64,000 nucleotides of DNA from Camelus dromedarius (Eukaryota). The stretch lies in NCBI RefSeq assembly GCF_036321535.1, contig NC_087437.1, positions 21,268,001 through 21,332,000 of the forward strand, given 5' to 3'. How positions within the stretch are numbered: position 1 is the first letter of the stretch; the number at the start of each line of letters is the position of its first letter. Shown here in pieces: positions 1-12,105 of the stretch. The notes below the pieces were generated by a model. That model saw nothing but the letters and a program-made list of their open reading frames with translations, had not been told where the DNA came from and searched no databases. The position numbers were made by a program, and so were the translations under genes.

Positions 1-282
1 ATTCAGATAATGCTGTAGCTATGGCTGGTGCCACCTAATGGTGACAAAAGAAATTGATATGTAACCCAGTTCTGTATCATTGAAGTGCGGTACAGTGCAG
101 AGCACTAGACATCTGTTAGAAGTTAAAGGAACAAACTTAACATTCTTTCCCTAAAATTATCCAGTAATTAGCAGTGCTGTTTTTGTCTTTGAAGAATATT
201 ATGCAAAGGATGATATGTTTCTGGTTGTGTTTAAGGTCCTTTCTTGGCTGATTTATACACACATACATGTTTCCTTTTTTAG

Positions 283-467
283 CATATGACTTAGAAGAAC
301 AGAAGAATCTCACAGTTTGTACTGATGGAAAACTGAATGAACAGAAGGGTCCAGTTTACGTTGCATGTCCGTTTCCTCGTGCCTTACTTGAAGCATGCAG
401 TGGTGTGGATGACCCCGACTTTGGCTACTCCAAAGGAAGCCCTTGTATTCTTGTGAAAATGAACAGA
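283..467 (+). CDS. ATP1B3: Na+/K+-ATPase beta-3, internal exon (185 bp; exon 4 in recalled human numbering)
   Basis: Acceptor ttttttag ends 282, donor gtatgt starts 468; encodes [61 protein letters not shown]. Confidence 0.96.
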
Positions 468-1537
468 GTATGTACATATTTTATTGCTGCTGCTGCTTTT
501 TTCTAATCTCCTCTATTAAGAAGCTGGCAACTATTTATTAAATGCTGTCTCACCTAGGGGTAGCTTGTGTAAAAGGCTAGCAGTGATACTGACCTTTGAA
601 AAATTAATACAGAAAAAAACCAGTTGGTTCATAAATTAGTCATGGATTAGAGAGGAAAACAACTTTAGCTTTTTCCTTTTGGAACTAGCCATGTGCACTT
701 AAGCATGGATCAGTGCTTCAGGGGTCCGGTGTTCTGGGGGTGACGCCCACAGCATCGTTGTATTAATGTGCAGTGCTCATCTTTGCATCCTGTATGGTAA
801 TTTAAAATCCCACGGCAAATCTATAAAGTTTTGTCTTGCTTAACCTTCTCTGGATTAGTAGCAAAGCATATTTTTATAGTATATGTCTATGTAATTAAAT
901 AGTAAAAGTACAAATAGAATTGTGTTAAAATGAGCTCAGCAGTGTTTTACTGTATGGTCTAGAGGAGGTGCCTAAACTGTATCACCATTAGCACATCAAG
1001 AAGCTAATGTTCTCTGCATCTAAGTAGTAATGTCTTGGGGTCATTGTGCAAGGGAAGGCGCTTCCCTTGTGTCATGAAGTGTCCCCAACCCTGCCCCGTG
1101 CTGCTCTATAAATGTATTGCAGAGTTGTGTTCTGGTACAGTTAACCTGTTGAGGCCTGCAAGGTCTGCCTTGAAGAGGGAGGTCATTCCTGTTCATTTAC
1201 TCAGAGAAAAGGCAGTTTCCTAAACAGACTCCATCCTCTCCTCCCCCACCCCCACCATTAGGTTCTGATTATGCCATAGCACTCTAGGGATCATTCTGAA
1301 ACATTGCCTGATACATAGTGCTCAATAAATGATGAGTGGGATGTTTTAGCAAGAGAAAGAATTAAGGTTAACAAAGTGGAGATGGAGCTGAAGACTAGGT
1401 AGACAGGGAAGTAGGAGCAAGTAAACAACTGTTTCAAGGAGATGCCTATTCTTTCCCCAGAAATGCTGTGGGAGCTTCTATAATAAAATAGAAATGGGTT
1501 TTCATAATCCACACGAGATGATCCTTGTAGTCATATA

Positions 1538-1825
1538 CAGTTATCCCTCGGTATCTGTGGGGGATTGGTTCCAGGACCACTAAGGATAGCAAAATCTGGG
1601 GGTGCTCAAGGCCCCTATATAAAATGGTGTAGTATTTGCATGTAACCTACACACATCCTCCCATACACTTAAAATCATCTCTAGACTACTAATAATACCT
1701 AATTCAATATAGCGAATTCAAGTTTTGCTTTTTTAGAACTTCTGGAATTTTTCCCCCTGAATGTTTTTGATCCAGTGTTGGTAGACTTCACAGATGTGGA
1801 GCCTGTAAATAGGGAGGGCCAACTA
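1538..1825. mobile_element. MER2-like TcMar-Tigger non-autonomous DNA transposon
   Basis: Starts cagttatccctcggtatc, ends gagggccaacta (degenerate inverted termini), flanked by TA; internal ggggattggttccaggacc...aatcatctctaga. Confidence 0.75.
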
Positions 1826-2916
1826 TACTGTGAAACTAGATGATCCAGCTTGTTAAGATAATTAAATGTATTCTTTTTAACAGGATTAAATCCATGTAAT
1901 ACTCCTGGGAGTATCTTCACAACACCTAGATTGATAGAAAAATCTGTTTCCAGTGTAAAGGCAAGAGAAGTTTCAGTGCCTTCTCCCTTAGGACCAGTCC
2001 TCTGTTTATATTCTTTGTCAGTATGTCCTTTAAATGTTCAGGGTCTAAGATTATTCTTGCTGATAAGGACAGACCTTTATAGGTGTGGCAGGAAGACATC
2101 AGGCACAGGGAAATCAGTGATGAGATGTTACCCACATTTGTAGGCAGGGCATTTAGTCCCAGTAGAGTTTGTTCCAAAGTCATTACAAGGGCAAGGATAG
2201 TTACTGCTCCTGAAGTTATTATTTAGGTTGCAACAGTATTTGTCTTTTGGGAGGAGTATTTATATTTTACAGGCATTCACATGTAAGATGCACGTAAGAT
2301 CAAAATGCTAGAAAGTCCTCTCACAAAATAGATAAATATGTTATCATTCATACAGAGTTAGTTATATCAACTACTTACACACTAAGTAGCCTCGTTACAT
2401 AGAACTGAATGACGCTGAGAGTCTTAAAATGGGATTCTCCCAACGTATGCGTTTTGTAGAGCAGACAGATTTGAAATATGGTGGGGCTCTGTGGAAGCCT
2501 TATGGAAGCATGTGGTAGGGTTGTGACCAACTATATTTTCATGAAGACCAGTTAGTCATTAAACTACCTCTGCAGTTCTTATTTTCGTTAATGATTTGTT
2601 CATATATATAATGAAATTTAAAGGTTTCTGTTTTAAGGGTAGCAAATTGCAATATCTGTTTTGGTCAATTCTTGGGTAACTGATTTATTTTCTAAATTGC
2701 CCCAGTATTATAATAAGATGGCTAATTGGTAGAGATTATTGTCTTGAAAAGCCCATTCTAATCTTCTAAAATAAAATTAAAGGGCAGATGTAACGGGGTT
2801 TTAATACAGTGTTAGTAGTCATCTCAGCCCTTCCATCCCTGGTCCCCAGCAATAAAGGAAGAGGTTCTGTGTATACATTTGTGATGTTTCAATTAATCAA
2901 TTTTTCTTTACCATAG

Positions 2917-2967
2917 ATAATTGGATTAAAGCCTCAAGGAGAACCAAGGATAGAATGTATTTTGAAG
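2917..2967 (+). CDS. ATP1B3: Na+/K+-ATPase beta-3, internal exon (51 bp)
   Basis: ttctttaccatag|ATA...AAG|gttagt; IIGLKPQGEPRIECILK, phase 0 at both ends. Confidence 0.95.
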
Positions 2968-3764
2968 GTTAGTATTCAGAAAATAATCCAATTTCTGTTA
3001 AAGCTTTAGTGTGTCTTAAGAGTTCTTTAAAAGTCCAACGAGGTTAGTCATCTTTTTTCCTTCCCTGTCACATTTCCCAAGTCCATTGTATTGCCATTCT
3101 TAGAAGACAAGAACTCCACCAACCTTACCAGCCTAGGGGGTAGCCCCTCTCTATTTGCTATTGATAATTCAAAAAGACTTGTTTTCCATTGGCATTTGAT
3201 TTCATATATTTGGCCTTTGTATTTAGATATACCATGTTTCATTGATTCTGAGATTCACTTTCTTTTTTTTTTTTCTGGCTTAGTAACACTGAAATTGGGG
3301 TTGGCCTTATAATTCATAGTGTCTTAATGGTGTATAAGAGTTTTTCTTTCTTAATAGTACATAGATCCGTTATATCCATGGCATCTGAGATTTAATGAAA
3401 CATGATACGTTTTCCTTAGAGTAGAGGCATTATTTTGGTCTCCTATCCTTACTTTATTTTTTCCAGAGTGCTGTGCAGTTTTCATTTCATAATTTCTTTT
3501 GTTTTCTCTCCATGCTGCAAAGTGCAACTAAGACAGATATGTAAATGATGGGTAAGAGTTCTTAGGAGAGACTGTTAAATTGTACATTCCTAATTTTATC
3601 GTTGTGTGAAATACTAGCATTCTAACTCCGTTATATGTTAGAAATATCTTACTTGAAATGTTACGTTGAAATCACTTCTAAAGTTGTCTGTGAAAAAAAA
3701 AAAACCAGCTGTAATTCCTTTTAACTATGAATGGATTTCTCACTTAGCCAGGAGCTTCTTGCTG

Positions 3765-3932
3765 GGTGGTTCTCGAATCTGGTCATGCGTCAGAATCACT
3801 TGGAGGGCTTATTGGGTCCCAGTCCCACAGTTTCTGACTCAGTAGGTCTGGTGTGAGGCCCCGAAACTTGCATTTCTCACTGAAGTTTCTGCTGATGCTG
3901 CGGGTCTGGGACCCACACTTTTGAGAACTCCC
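3765..3932. mobile_element. MER5-like hAT-Charlie element
   Basis: gtggttctc...cagaatcacttggag...ctgactcagtaggtctg...tttgagaactc pattern. Confidence 0.7.
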
Positions 3933-6427
3933 ATTTCAGAGTATCCTTATTTATTTATGTGGAGTATTTATTCACTGTTTAGGGTAGAATAAAAAGCCAG
4001 GAAGTTTGTGGTTCTCATCTGAGTCGAAGTATGCATGTGGGATCATAGACAATTCACTTTATCTCCTTATGCCTTAGTTAGCTCAGCAGGAAACTTGGAG
4101 AAAAAAACAGAATCTCACTTAAAACCAGATGCTATGTCTAAGGCGAGTTTTTCTTGGTGTACAAATCCTTCTAAAAATCTAGTGAGCATCTAGTGTTATC
4201 TTTTTAAGACAGAAGAAAACATTACGGCCACAAGACAGATTTAGAAAAGTATTGTGTAACTCTGTGATCCCCCTTGCTTGCAAGTCTTTCCAATAGAAAG
4301 TTCCCGAGGCTGGACACAGGGCTTCAGCCAGGTGGAAGTGATGGTTTTATGCCAGTATCCTGTGTACAGGAGATTTTGCCTCTGCATGTGAGCAGACCCC
4401 TGAGATACTCTTGAAACAGTGGGTCTGTGGAGCCAACACCACCAAGAAAGGAAACATACACACATGAATTTTGCAGAAGGGCAAAAGCTTTCTTCTCCTA
4501 AGGGTTCCATTCTGTAAGCCTTTGGCTGGTATAAACAACTCCATGTAACTCTTCCCTTGAGATTTTAAATGGATTTTTCTCCTTGTTTATCCATTATGTA
4601 TCCTTTACTTCTAGAATAGTTGGGGGAAATGCTAATGAAACTTTCTGGACTTGGATATCTGTTTGCTGTCCCTTTTGTTGTGAAGAATTACGTGGAAAGT
4701 ACAGAAAATAACCAAAATAGATGGGGGTTTTGTTTTATTTAGTTGTGGAATATTTTTGTTTTTAGAAAAACGTGAAATTGGAAGAAATGTTTGTAAAACA
4801 TTGCATTTTACTCCCAGGCTAGACGCAAAGGAGTAATCAGGTGGGATCTATTAAAGTTTAGAGACGCGGCTCTGAACAGACGGAAACATGTGCTGTGTAT
4901 CTTTATAATGCTGTTTTCCATTAGGTTTGCCTATATCAGGTGTTCTTTACTGTAAATTCTTTAGCTGAATTACTTTTTATGTAATACATTTGTCTTTTAT
5001 TTTGTCTTGCATCCTTAACTTTGATCTGCTTTAATTGCTTTTATACAAGTTAAGAGTCCTGGAAACACTAGAACGTTGATGACAGAGCATGCTCTTAGAG
5101 GTGGCCTTTAATTTTAAAGAATGGTTCCTACAAAAGATGTAACACTCATATGTATGAATTTTTTCCGGTATTTTATCTTCTTACAAAATAAACTTTATTT
5201 AAGAAAAATTAGAAAAATGCAGAAGGAAAATTATAGGTAAATACTACCCAGAGATTACCACTGCTTAGAACATTCCGTTTATATTTTTCAAGTCATTTAC
5301 AGGTGATGACTGTATAAAAGAAACAAAATACATTAAATTTAAAACTTTATTTTGTTTTCAGTGGAACTTAGTGCTAATGGGCTCTTGGACTTAGTTCATA
5401 GTTTCCAGTATCATTCCATTTGTGTTGTGTAGAAAAACCGTGATGTGTAGTTTTGCCCTAAAATATCTCATCATTTTCAGATATGCATTTTATTATTTTG
5501 CAATTTCTAAATGTTTATTTTCACAGAAGGTATAAAACACAAGTTTAAGTAAAAGCCTGCCAACGTTATGGTCTAGGTACAAGCCAAGAGAGCCTTTAAT
5601 TGAGCATGTGACCTTAACTCGGAGCCTCCGTTCCCCTCGCTGTGGTTGATCGCATGCACTTAAGGGTTGTTCGGCCCAAATGAGGTAGATATCAGTTGAG
5701 TGTGGTATCTGCTGGAGTACACCCTGAAGTGCTCTGAACTGTAGCCCAGAGAAGACCAGTTAAGGGGAACGTCTCTGTTGCTGTGAACTGAGCTCAATAT
5801 ATTAAGGGAAAGTAGGTTACACAAAAGTAATTAATGGAAAAAAGCACTTACGTGTAAGTGATTATTGTTTTCTCTCCTAAGTGAATGCTATTTTAGACTT
5901 GCAACTTTTTAAAATTAAGGAGTACAAACATAGGGTGGTGTCTGAATAGTGATTGACAGTGGCTCCTGCAGTTTGTCTTGGCCTTGCTGTCTCCTGTTCT
6001 TTTCTCATGTCTGTGACCTGGACTGTTGCGATGTTCCCTCTTTGTGGGTGTCATCACTCTGTGCTGTCTTGCCTGACTCACTTGTCCACGTGCTCCTTCA
6101 TGAGAGCTAAGTGAAGTAAGCGGAGAGTAGGGCTTCCCTTACAGGAGAGTCTTAGTTTTGCTATAGTGTTTATGTTTGCTTTCAAAAACAGACATCAGTT
6201 TATTCAAAACTGGAGTTCAAACATTTAGTAATGTTTTATTTTAAATTAGTGTTAGTAAAGTTGCCACTGATTTTAATTATTGTTCCTCTGTTACCTACTC
6301 AGTATGTGTTAAACTTAGTCATTAATATTAGGCCTATTGAGAATGTGTTACATGAGAGTTTGCATAAATTGTTTACGTTTCAAGAATACTGGATTTGTAT
6401 ATGTTTCATCACGTTTATCAGTTTTTT

Positions 6428-6684
6428 GGAGATGTAGTTTATACAGTATTATATATAAGTTACAGGTGTACATCAATGATTCACTATTTTTAAAGATTAT
6501 ACTCTATTTATAGTTATTGTAAAATATTGGCTATAGTCCCTGTGCTGTGCAATATATTCTTTTAGCTTTTTTATTTTATACATGGTAGTTTGTACCTTTT
6601 AACCCCCTTGTCCTCCCCTTCCCTCTCCCCACAGGTAACCACTAGTTCATTTCCTATATCTGAGAGTCTGTTTCTTTTGTTAAC
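6428..6684 (-). mobile_element. 5'-truncated L1 3' end (L1MA/artiodactyl type)
   Basis: Typical L1 3' UTR (aaaatattggctata..ccctgtgctgt..aata, ggtaaccactag); 11-bp direct repeat atcagtttttt at 6417-6427 and 6685-6695. Confidence 0.75.
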
Positions 6685-7356
6685 ATCAGTTTTTTAAGTA
6701 CATGGGATGTAACTGCAGTAGACATATAATACTTTTAATTGCTTTACGTATGGTCATAGAATACTTCAAGGGAAATGTGTTATTTAAATTGGTTAAGAAG
6801 GATATTTCTTCGAATACTTTAAATTTTCCCTAACAGTTTTTGTTAGCTGTATCATAATTTCTCCTTCTGGTTACAGTTATCATGGTTGTTAATCAAGTGA
6901 AACTTTTGGTCCTGCTGCCTCCCAGGCCCGAGTGGTACATTCTAGGTTGGGGAGGCTGTTCCTTTCCAGTCTGGAAGCACAATATTTCATTCATTTTAGG
7001 GATACGTTGGTCCCTAACCTACTGGTACATTCCTGCTGTCAGGCTGGAGAACTGGCATTTGGTAGTTGGAAGGCAGATAAGATTTTACAGACAGTACATG
7101 AGTAGATCTGGCTGTAAGTTAAAAGGGATTGTCAAGGAGAAGTGTATAGGATATATCAGGAAATCAGCATAGCTTGTGTCAAAGGGTTTAAGTCACCATG
7201 AGTAAGTCTCTTTTCAAAAATACACTTGTAATTATTGCATTTGGAGCAACATTGTAGTTTCTCCATACTGTCCTTAATTGATACTGCTTTAATAAAAATG
7301 CTTTTTGAAAAACTTTTCTGTGACCTAAATAACATTTCTTTTGCTTTCAACTTTAG

Positions 7357-7443
7357 AGTGAAAAAACAACAGTTCTAGCCACTTACCCTCCCAATGGAAA
7401 CATAGACTTAAAATATTTTCCGTATTATGGAAAGAAACTGCAT
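7357..7443 (+). CDS. ATP1B3: Na+/K+-ATPase beta-3, internal exon (87 bp)
   Basis: tttcaactttag|AGT...CAT|gtaagt; [29 protein letters not shown] contains the beta-family YFPYYGK motif. Confidence 0.95.
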
Positions 7444-7704
7444 GTAAGTATTTAGAAGTTCTTAAGTGGTTGTGACTCTTGGGAAATTGGCACATCTGTA
7501 TTAAAATGTCAGTTGTCTGGGTTAGGTAGACGTGTGTAACTTGTGCATCATCTCTTCTGGTTTTTAAGTACAAATGGTGATGGCAAACGGAGACTCCAGA
7601 TCTACAGCTGAGAACACAAAACTCAAGTAGATTTTAAAGGATTATTATTTTCAAAATACTATTTTCTCTTTCATTACTTAAGAGTGTGCTTATTTAAAGA
7701 ATAT

Positions 7705-7765
7705 TGACACCAGAAATTGACACATTGTAATTTACTATACTTCAATTTAAAAAAATTTTAAAAAC
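7705..7765 (+). mobile_element. Very short camelid-type L1 3' terminus
   Basis: acaccagaaattgacacattgtaa..actatacttcaatt plus A tail; direct repeat ttaaagaatat at 7694-7704 and 7766-7776. Confidence 0.75.
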
Positions 7766-7894
7766 TTAAAGAATATAAGGAAGTAGTAAAGAAATAAAAA
7801 AGCTCAATACCCAGAGACAACTGTATTGTAGTGTAATTTCTTCCATATTTTTTCTTTAAGAATATGTATGTAAATAGTATTTTATATACATACT

Positions 7895-9080
7895 TTTAAA
7901 ACTTTATTTTGAAATTATTTGAAACTTAAAGCGGCTAGAATAGTACAAGGAATTCCTACAGACCCTTTGCCTGGATTTCCCAGTGTTACTATTTTCCTTC
8001 ATTTGTCTTGCCAGTCTCCACTTGCATGCAACCCCTGAACCACTGGCACTAAGTTATAAACATGATACCTCTTTATACTAAGTACCTTAAATGCTCTTAA
8101 CATTAAATTTGCTAAAAATAAGGACTTTATCGTATATAATCATATAGTTACCAAAGGAAATTAACATTGATAACTCTATTATAATTATCCCATCTACAGC
8201 CCTTGTTGAAATTTCACCAGTTCTAGTAATGTCCTTTATTGCAAAAGAAAAGGTGTTTTTCTGATCCAGGTGTTACACTGTTGCATCTTTCGTCACATAT
8301 AGCCTGAAACATCTCAGCCTGTCTGTTTCAGGCCCTTGTACTCTTCAGAGATGAGTATGGGCCCTTTTGGGGGCTCATTTTGTTGTTTTATATTCTTCAA
8401 TTTGAGTTTATCTGATGTTTTTCATGAGTAAGTGTAGGTTGTACATTTTTGGCAAAAATGCCTCAGAAGAAATGTTAAATTCTTTTCAGAATAGCGTATC
8501 AGGAGAGATGTGCTGAGTGGTCCCATTAATGGTGATGTTAACCTCAAACACTTGGTTGTGGTGGTGTCAGCCAGGTTTCTCCACTGTACGGTTTTTCTTT
8601 TTCTTTTTTTCCTTTGTAATCAATAAGTATCATATTGGGAGAATAGTTTGAGAGTCTATAAAATTGTTTCTCCTATAGCTTTAGCATTTGTTAATTCTTT
8701 CCTGAATTAGTTCCAATAGAATTGTTCCCAAATGTTTTTTTCTGACTCTGTCTTTCCTTTTTCCATTTACTACTTGGCATTCCTCTATAAGGAAGCACTT
8801 TTCCTTCTCCACCATTTATATGAGTATATTCTCATGGATTTTTATTTAATTCAGGGGTTATAATAATTTATTTTGGTGCTCAAATTGTCCCTGATTTGGC
8901 TGGTGGGAGACCTTCAGGCTGGCTCTGGTTCCTGTGTCCTTTTGACATGCTCCTATGCTTTTTATAGCATTTCTTTACTTTCTGGCACAACGATGTTCCA
9001 GGTTCATTTTGTACTTCCCTGCCTCAAGCCCTGGAATCAGCCCCTAGTTCCTTTTAGTGAAGAATTGTGTTTAGAAACCA
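7895..9080 (-). mobile_element. Old L1M (L1MC/MD-like) 3' region
   Basis: tttattttgaaattatt start, ggtgatgttaac...gccaggtttctccactgt, ctcaaattgtccc..atttggc motifs typical of ancient L1 3' UTRs. Confidence 0.6.
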
Positions 9081-9149
9081 CAGTGATGACAAAACAATTA
9101 TGAGTATATTTGTACCAAGTTACACAGCAACCATTAGTAAGGATATGAG

Positions 9150-9680
9150 AGACCTAAGGAACATAATCAGTAAGGTAGATCTTCTGCATGTTCATCAAAC
9201 ATACTAATAGATAGATAATAAGATATATATCCTTGGCAAGCAGACCTGGAACGGTCACAAAAGTTTATTAAAAAATGCATCCTAAAGTTTCATAAAATAG
9301 AAATATGTTACAGTACATTCTTATCACTATGCAGTAAAACTAGAAATTATTAAATGGGCCCTTCCAGAAAAGGAGGAGGTGGAAATTTTCTATTGTAAAC
9401 AACTCTTGGGTTAAGGGAGGAACTCAAACCAAGATTATAGAATATCTAAAAAAAATAATGAAACACAACATAATCACGGAATACATTTAAAGCAGCGCTA
9501 AGAGGAAAATTCAGTCATAAACACTTTCATCAATAAAAATTAAAGTGAAAATTAATATCCAGCTAAGGGAAAAAAGGTTGAGGATAGAAAATAATAGATC
9601 TAATTAATAAATTAAAATCTTGTTTTTAATTTTACCAAAAAACCCAACTCCTTGATAAAATGTAGATAAAGTTACTGTAG
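9150..9680 (+). mobile_element. Degenerate L1 ORF2 (post-endonuclease) fragment
   Basis: atgcagtaaaactagaaatt, aaacaactcttgggtt, aaagcagcgctaagaggaaaattc resemble old L1 ORF2. Confidence 0.55.
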
Positions 9681-9714
9681 AATTTGAATTAATGTATTTT
9701 CCTTTATCTGCCAG

Positions 9715-9885
9715 GTGAACTATCTACAGCCATTAGTTGCTGTCCAGGTCACCTTTGAAACTAACAATGCCATAAATGAAGCCACAGTTGAGTGCAAGAT
9801 TGATGGATCACCCAACCTAAAAAACCAGGATGATCGCGACAAGTTTTTGGGACGAGTTGCATTCAAAATCACCGCACGTCCATAG
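9715..9885 (+). CDS. ATP1B3: Na+/K+-ATPase beta-3, last coding exon (171 bp incl. TAG)
   Basis: tttatctgccag|[62 protein letters not shown] 9883-9885 followed by a second TAG. Confidence 0.96.
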   Translation: MNYLQPLVAVQVTFETNNAINEATVECKIDGSPNLKNQDDRDKFLGRVAFKITARP

Positions 9886-10368
9886 TAGGAATTACAGTAT
9901 CTCCACAGAGTAAATGTTGTGTTGTCTGTCTTCATTTTGTATCAGCTGGACCTGTCATTCCAGAATTATGAGACCACCTTGGAGAAGGGTGGAGTGGTAC
10001 ATGACACTGGGGTAACATCACAACGTGCTTCCAGATCATAGTGTTCAGTGTCGTCTGAAGTAACTGCCTGTTGCCTCTGCTGCCTTTTGAACCATGTTGA
10101 ACCCTGTACAGTCACCAGATGGAGACTGTGAGCACCTGGTTCTGAACGTGGAGGATGGGGAGGTCTTGTCCAGTTTTTATGTGGTTTAATTGCCAAGTGT
10201 CTAAAGCTTAATGTGCTGTGCTATGTAAATATTTTATAGATTTAACACTGGTTAACTGTCATACTTTGATGCCAGCAAAGTTTTAGGGGATAAAATGATA
10301 CCTGGCCAACATCTAATGACTTTATAGCCGCAAGAAATGTGGTGTGTGAAGAAATTCTGTAGAAGGAA

Positions 10369-10374
10369 AATAAA
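10369..10374 (+). terminator. Candidate proximal polyadenylation signal of ATP1B3
   Basis: AATAAA with GT/T-rich sequence ~15-35 nt downstream (ggttgtcttgggtttttt). Confidence 0.55.
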
Positions 10375-10709
10375 AATGGATTTGAAAGGTTGTCTTGGGT
10401 TTTTTGTAAAATTATTTTTTACATACTGAATCAGCCTGTGGGTCTTTTTGACTAAGAGTATAACGTTTTTCTTGCAAAACATGTAAAAACAAAACAGAAA
10501 AAAAATGGGATTATTTTTAGTGCTGGGACTAAATATTTTAAAGTATTAAGATTAAAGTATATTAGACTATAGATTAAAAACAACATTTTTAGGTTAGCCA
10601 GTAGGAATATGCACCTGATTTTTTATGAAATGAAATTCTTAAGATTTAAATTGTATAATAGTTTGTGAAATTTCTTATTACTGCTTTTATTTAGCAGACT
10701 GTGGATCCT

Positions 10710-10715
10710 AATAAA
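10710..10715 (+). terminator. Candidate distal polyadenylation signal of ATP1B3
   Basis: AATAAA at the end of the AT-rich UTR-like block, before composition turns GC-rich. Confidence 0.6.
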
Positions 10716-10944
10716 AATACAAATTAAGAAATATAAAACCTTTGAACTCATTCAAAACATCAAACCAAACTGTAGTTTTACTTCAGTATTCTTTGATTAG
10801 TGTCGTGACATACATCCTCCTTCAGTCTAAGGTGTTTGGCATGGTTCTTTTCACAACGTGAGCTACTTTCTTTGTTGAGAAGGGTGTGTATCCCATGTGA
10901 TCTCTGGTTTTTTTAAAGTCTATTTTTTATTGTTACTTTTCTCC

Positions 10945-10946
<2 letters not shown>

Positions 10947-10980
<34 letters not shown>

Positions 10981-10985
10981 TATAT
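10947..10985. repeat. Poly(A) run followed by (TA)n microsatellite
   Basis: Direct reading of sequence. Confidence 0.9.
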
Positions 10986-11974
10986 TCTTGAGGTTTTCTT
11001 TGTATTATTGCGAGCCAGGACAAGGGGGACCCTACCCAGCTGTCTTGGGAACGGCTGTCTGGAGAAAACACGCATGCTCCGGTGGCCTTGGCTGACCAGA
11101 AGGGCCTCCGTGGCCCAGGGCAGCCCCCACACTCTGGTAGTGGGCACTCAGCCCCCTTTGCAGACCTGCTTACTGCTCTGTCACTAAGATCTTGGTGATA
11201 ACAGATTTTCATTTTAGCAGTCTCCTTTGCAAGTGAAAAGAATGATTCTTGGAGTTGTTAAAGCAGACCTTTTTCTTGATTTTTTTCTCTCCCCTGTCCC
11301 TGCTGCTCAAGTGGGGTCATGGGCTGCAACTAGGACAGCACTTCAGTTGGCCCAGTGTAACCAGGTCCTCAGTAGCTGTCAGCTTATTGAATATCTGGTT
11401 AAATTTGTGTTTTTGTATCTTTTGAAGTGTAGTGTGGATGGAATTTCTGTTTTAATAAGCTTAGGTAAAAGCAAACTAGTTCTCAGGACATGTAACAAGA
11501 ATTGAGAGATCCACGATGGGTGAGTGGGGTTTGGAGGGAAATTTAAAAGAGATACACATCTGTGCCTCCTTGGTTCTGAAGGTTGCGTGTGGCTCAGCCC
11601 CTGACAGCCGTGACTGGAGCTCACCTACCCAACTCTTCCCGACTCTGTTTTGTACTGAAATTAGGGGAGTTTAGCAACTTTATCACAAACCTGCTGTGGG
11701 CCAGGTAATGAGATGCCAGACTCTGAGGGTGAAGAGAGAAAAAGCCATGGTCTCTTGAAGATCTTAAACTAGGAGGGAGCAGCTCTGAGACGGATTTGTC
11801 GACAGGATGCAGGTGCGTGCAAGGGGCCGAGAAGGCGGGGAGGCCGGGTTATTCCAGAGGTTGCTGGAGACTGGGGAGGGGCGGGATCTGTGTGGGGCCC
11901 CGTGAAGAGGCTGACTAGGAATGAAGGGGGCCCTGGACGTTCTTTGGGTCTGTGTTTCTGCTACATTTCAAGTT

Positions 11975-12105
11975 TTCCTCAGAACTTCTCTGGGCATCTT
12001 GTTAACACATAGATTCTGATTCCATAGGAGAGATTCTGTACACTCAGCAACCACGTAAGCGATGCCTGGCTGCTTGGTCACAGACCACAATTCAAATAGC
12101 AAGGG
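11975..12105. mobile_element. MER5-like fragment
   Basis: cttgttaacacatagattctgattcca...cagaccaca.tt.aaatagcaagg. Confidence 0.5.

Larger units (their letters stand above)
283..10740 (+). other. ATP1B3: ATP1B3 gene, 3' part (last four coding exons plus 3' UTR); 5' exons lie upstream of the window
   Basis: Four GT-AG exons splice in frame to the C-terminal ectodomain of a Na+/K+-ATPase beta subunit ([42 protein letters not shown]); convergent with TFDP2 as in human synteny. Confidence 0.96.

Noticed and set aside
267..506. 79-aa stand-alone ORF
   Set aside because: It is the ATP1B3 exon 283-467 with a few intronic codons on each side
9883..9888. Tandem TAG TAG as a read-through or recoding signal
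   Set aside because: A second in-frame stop argues against extension; no read-through context visible
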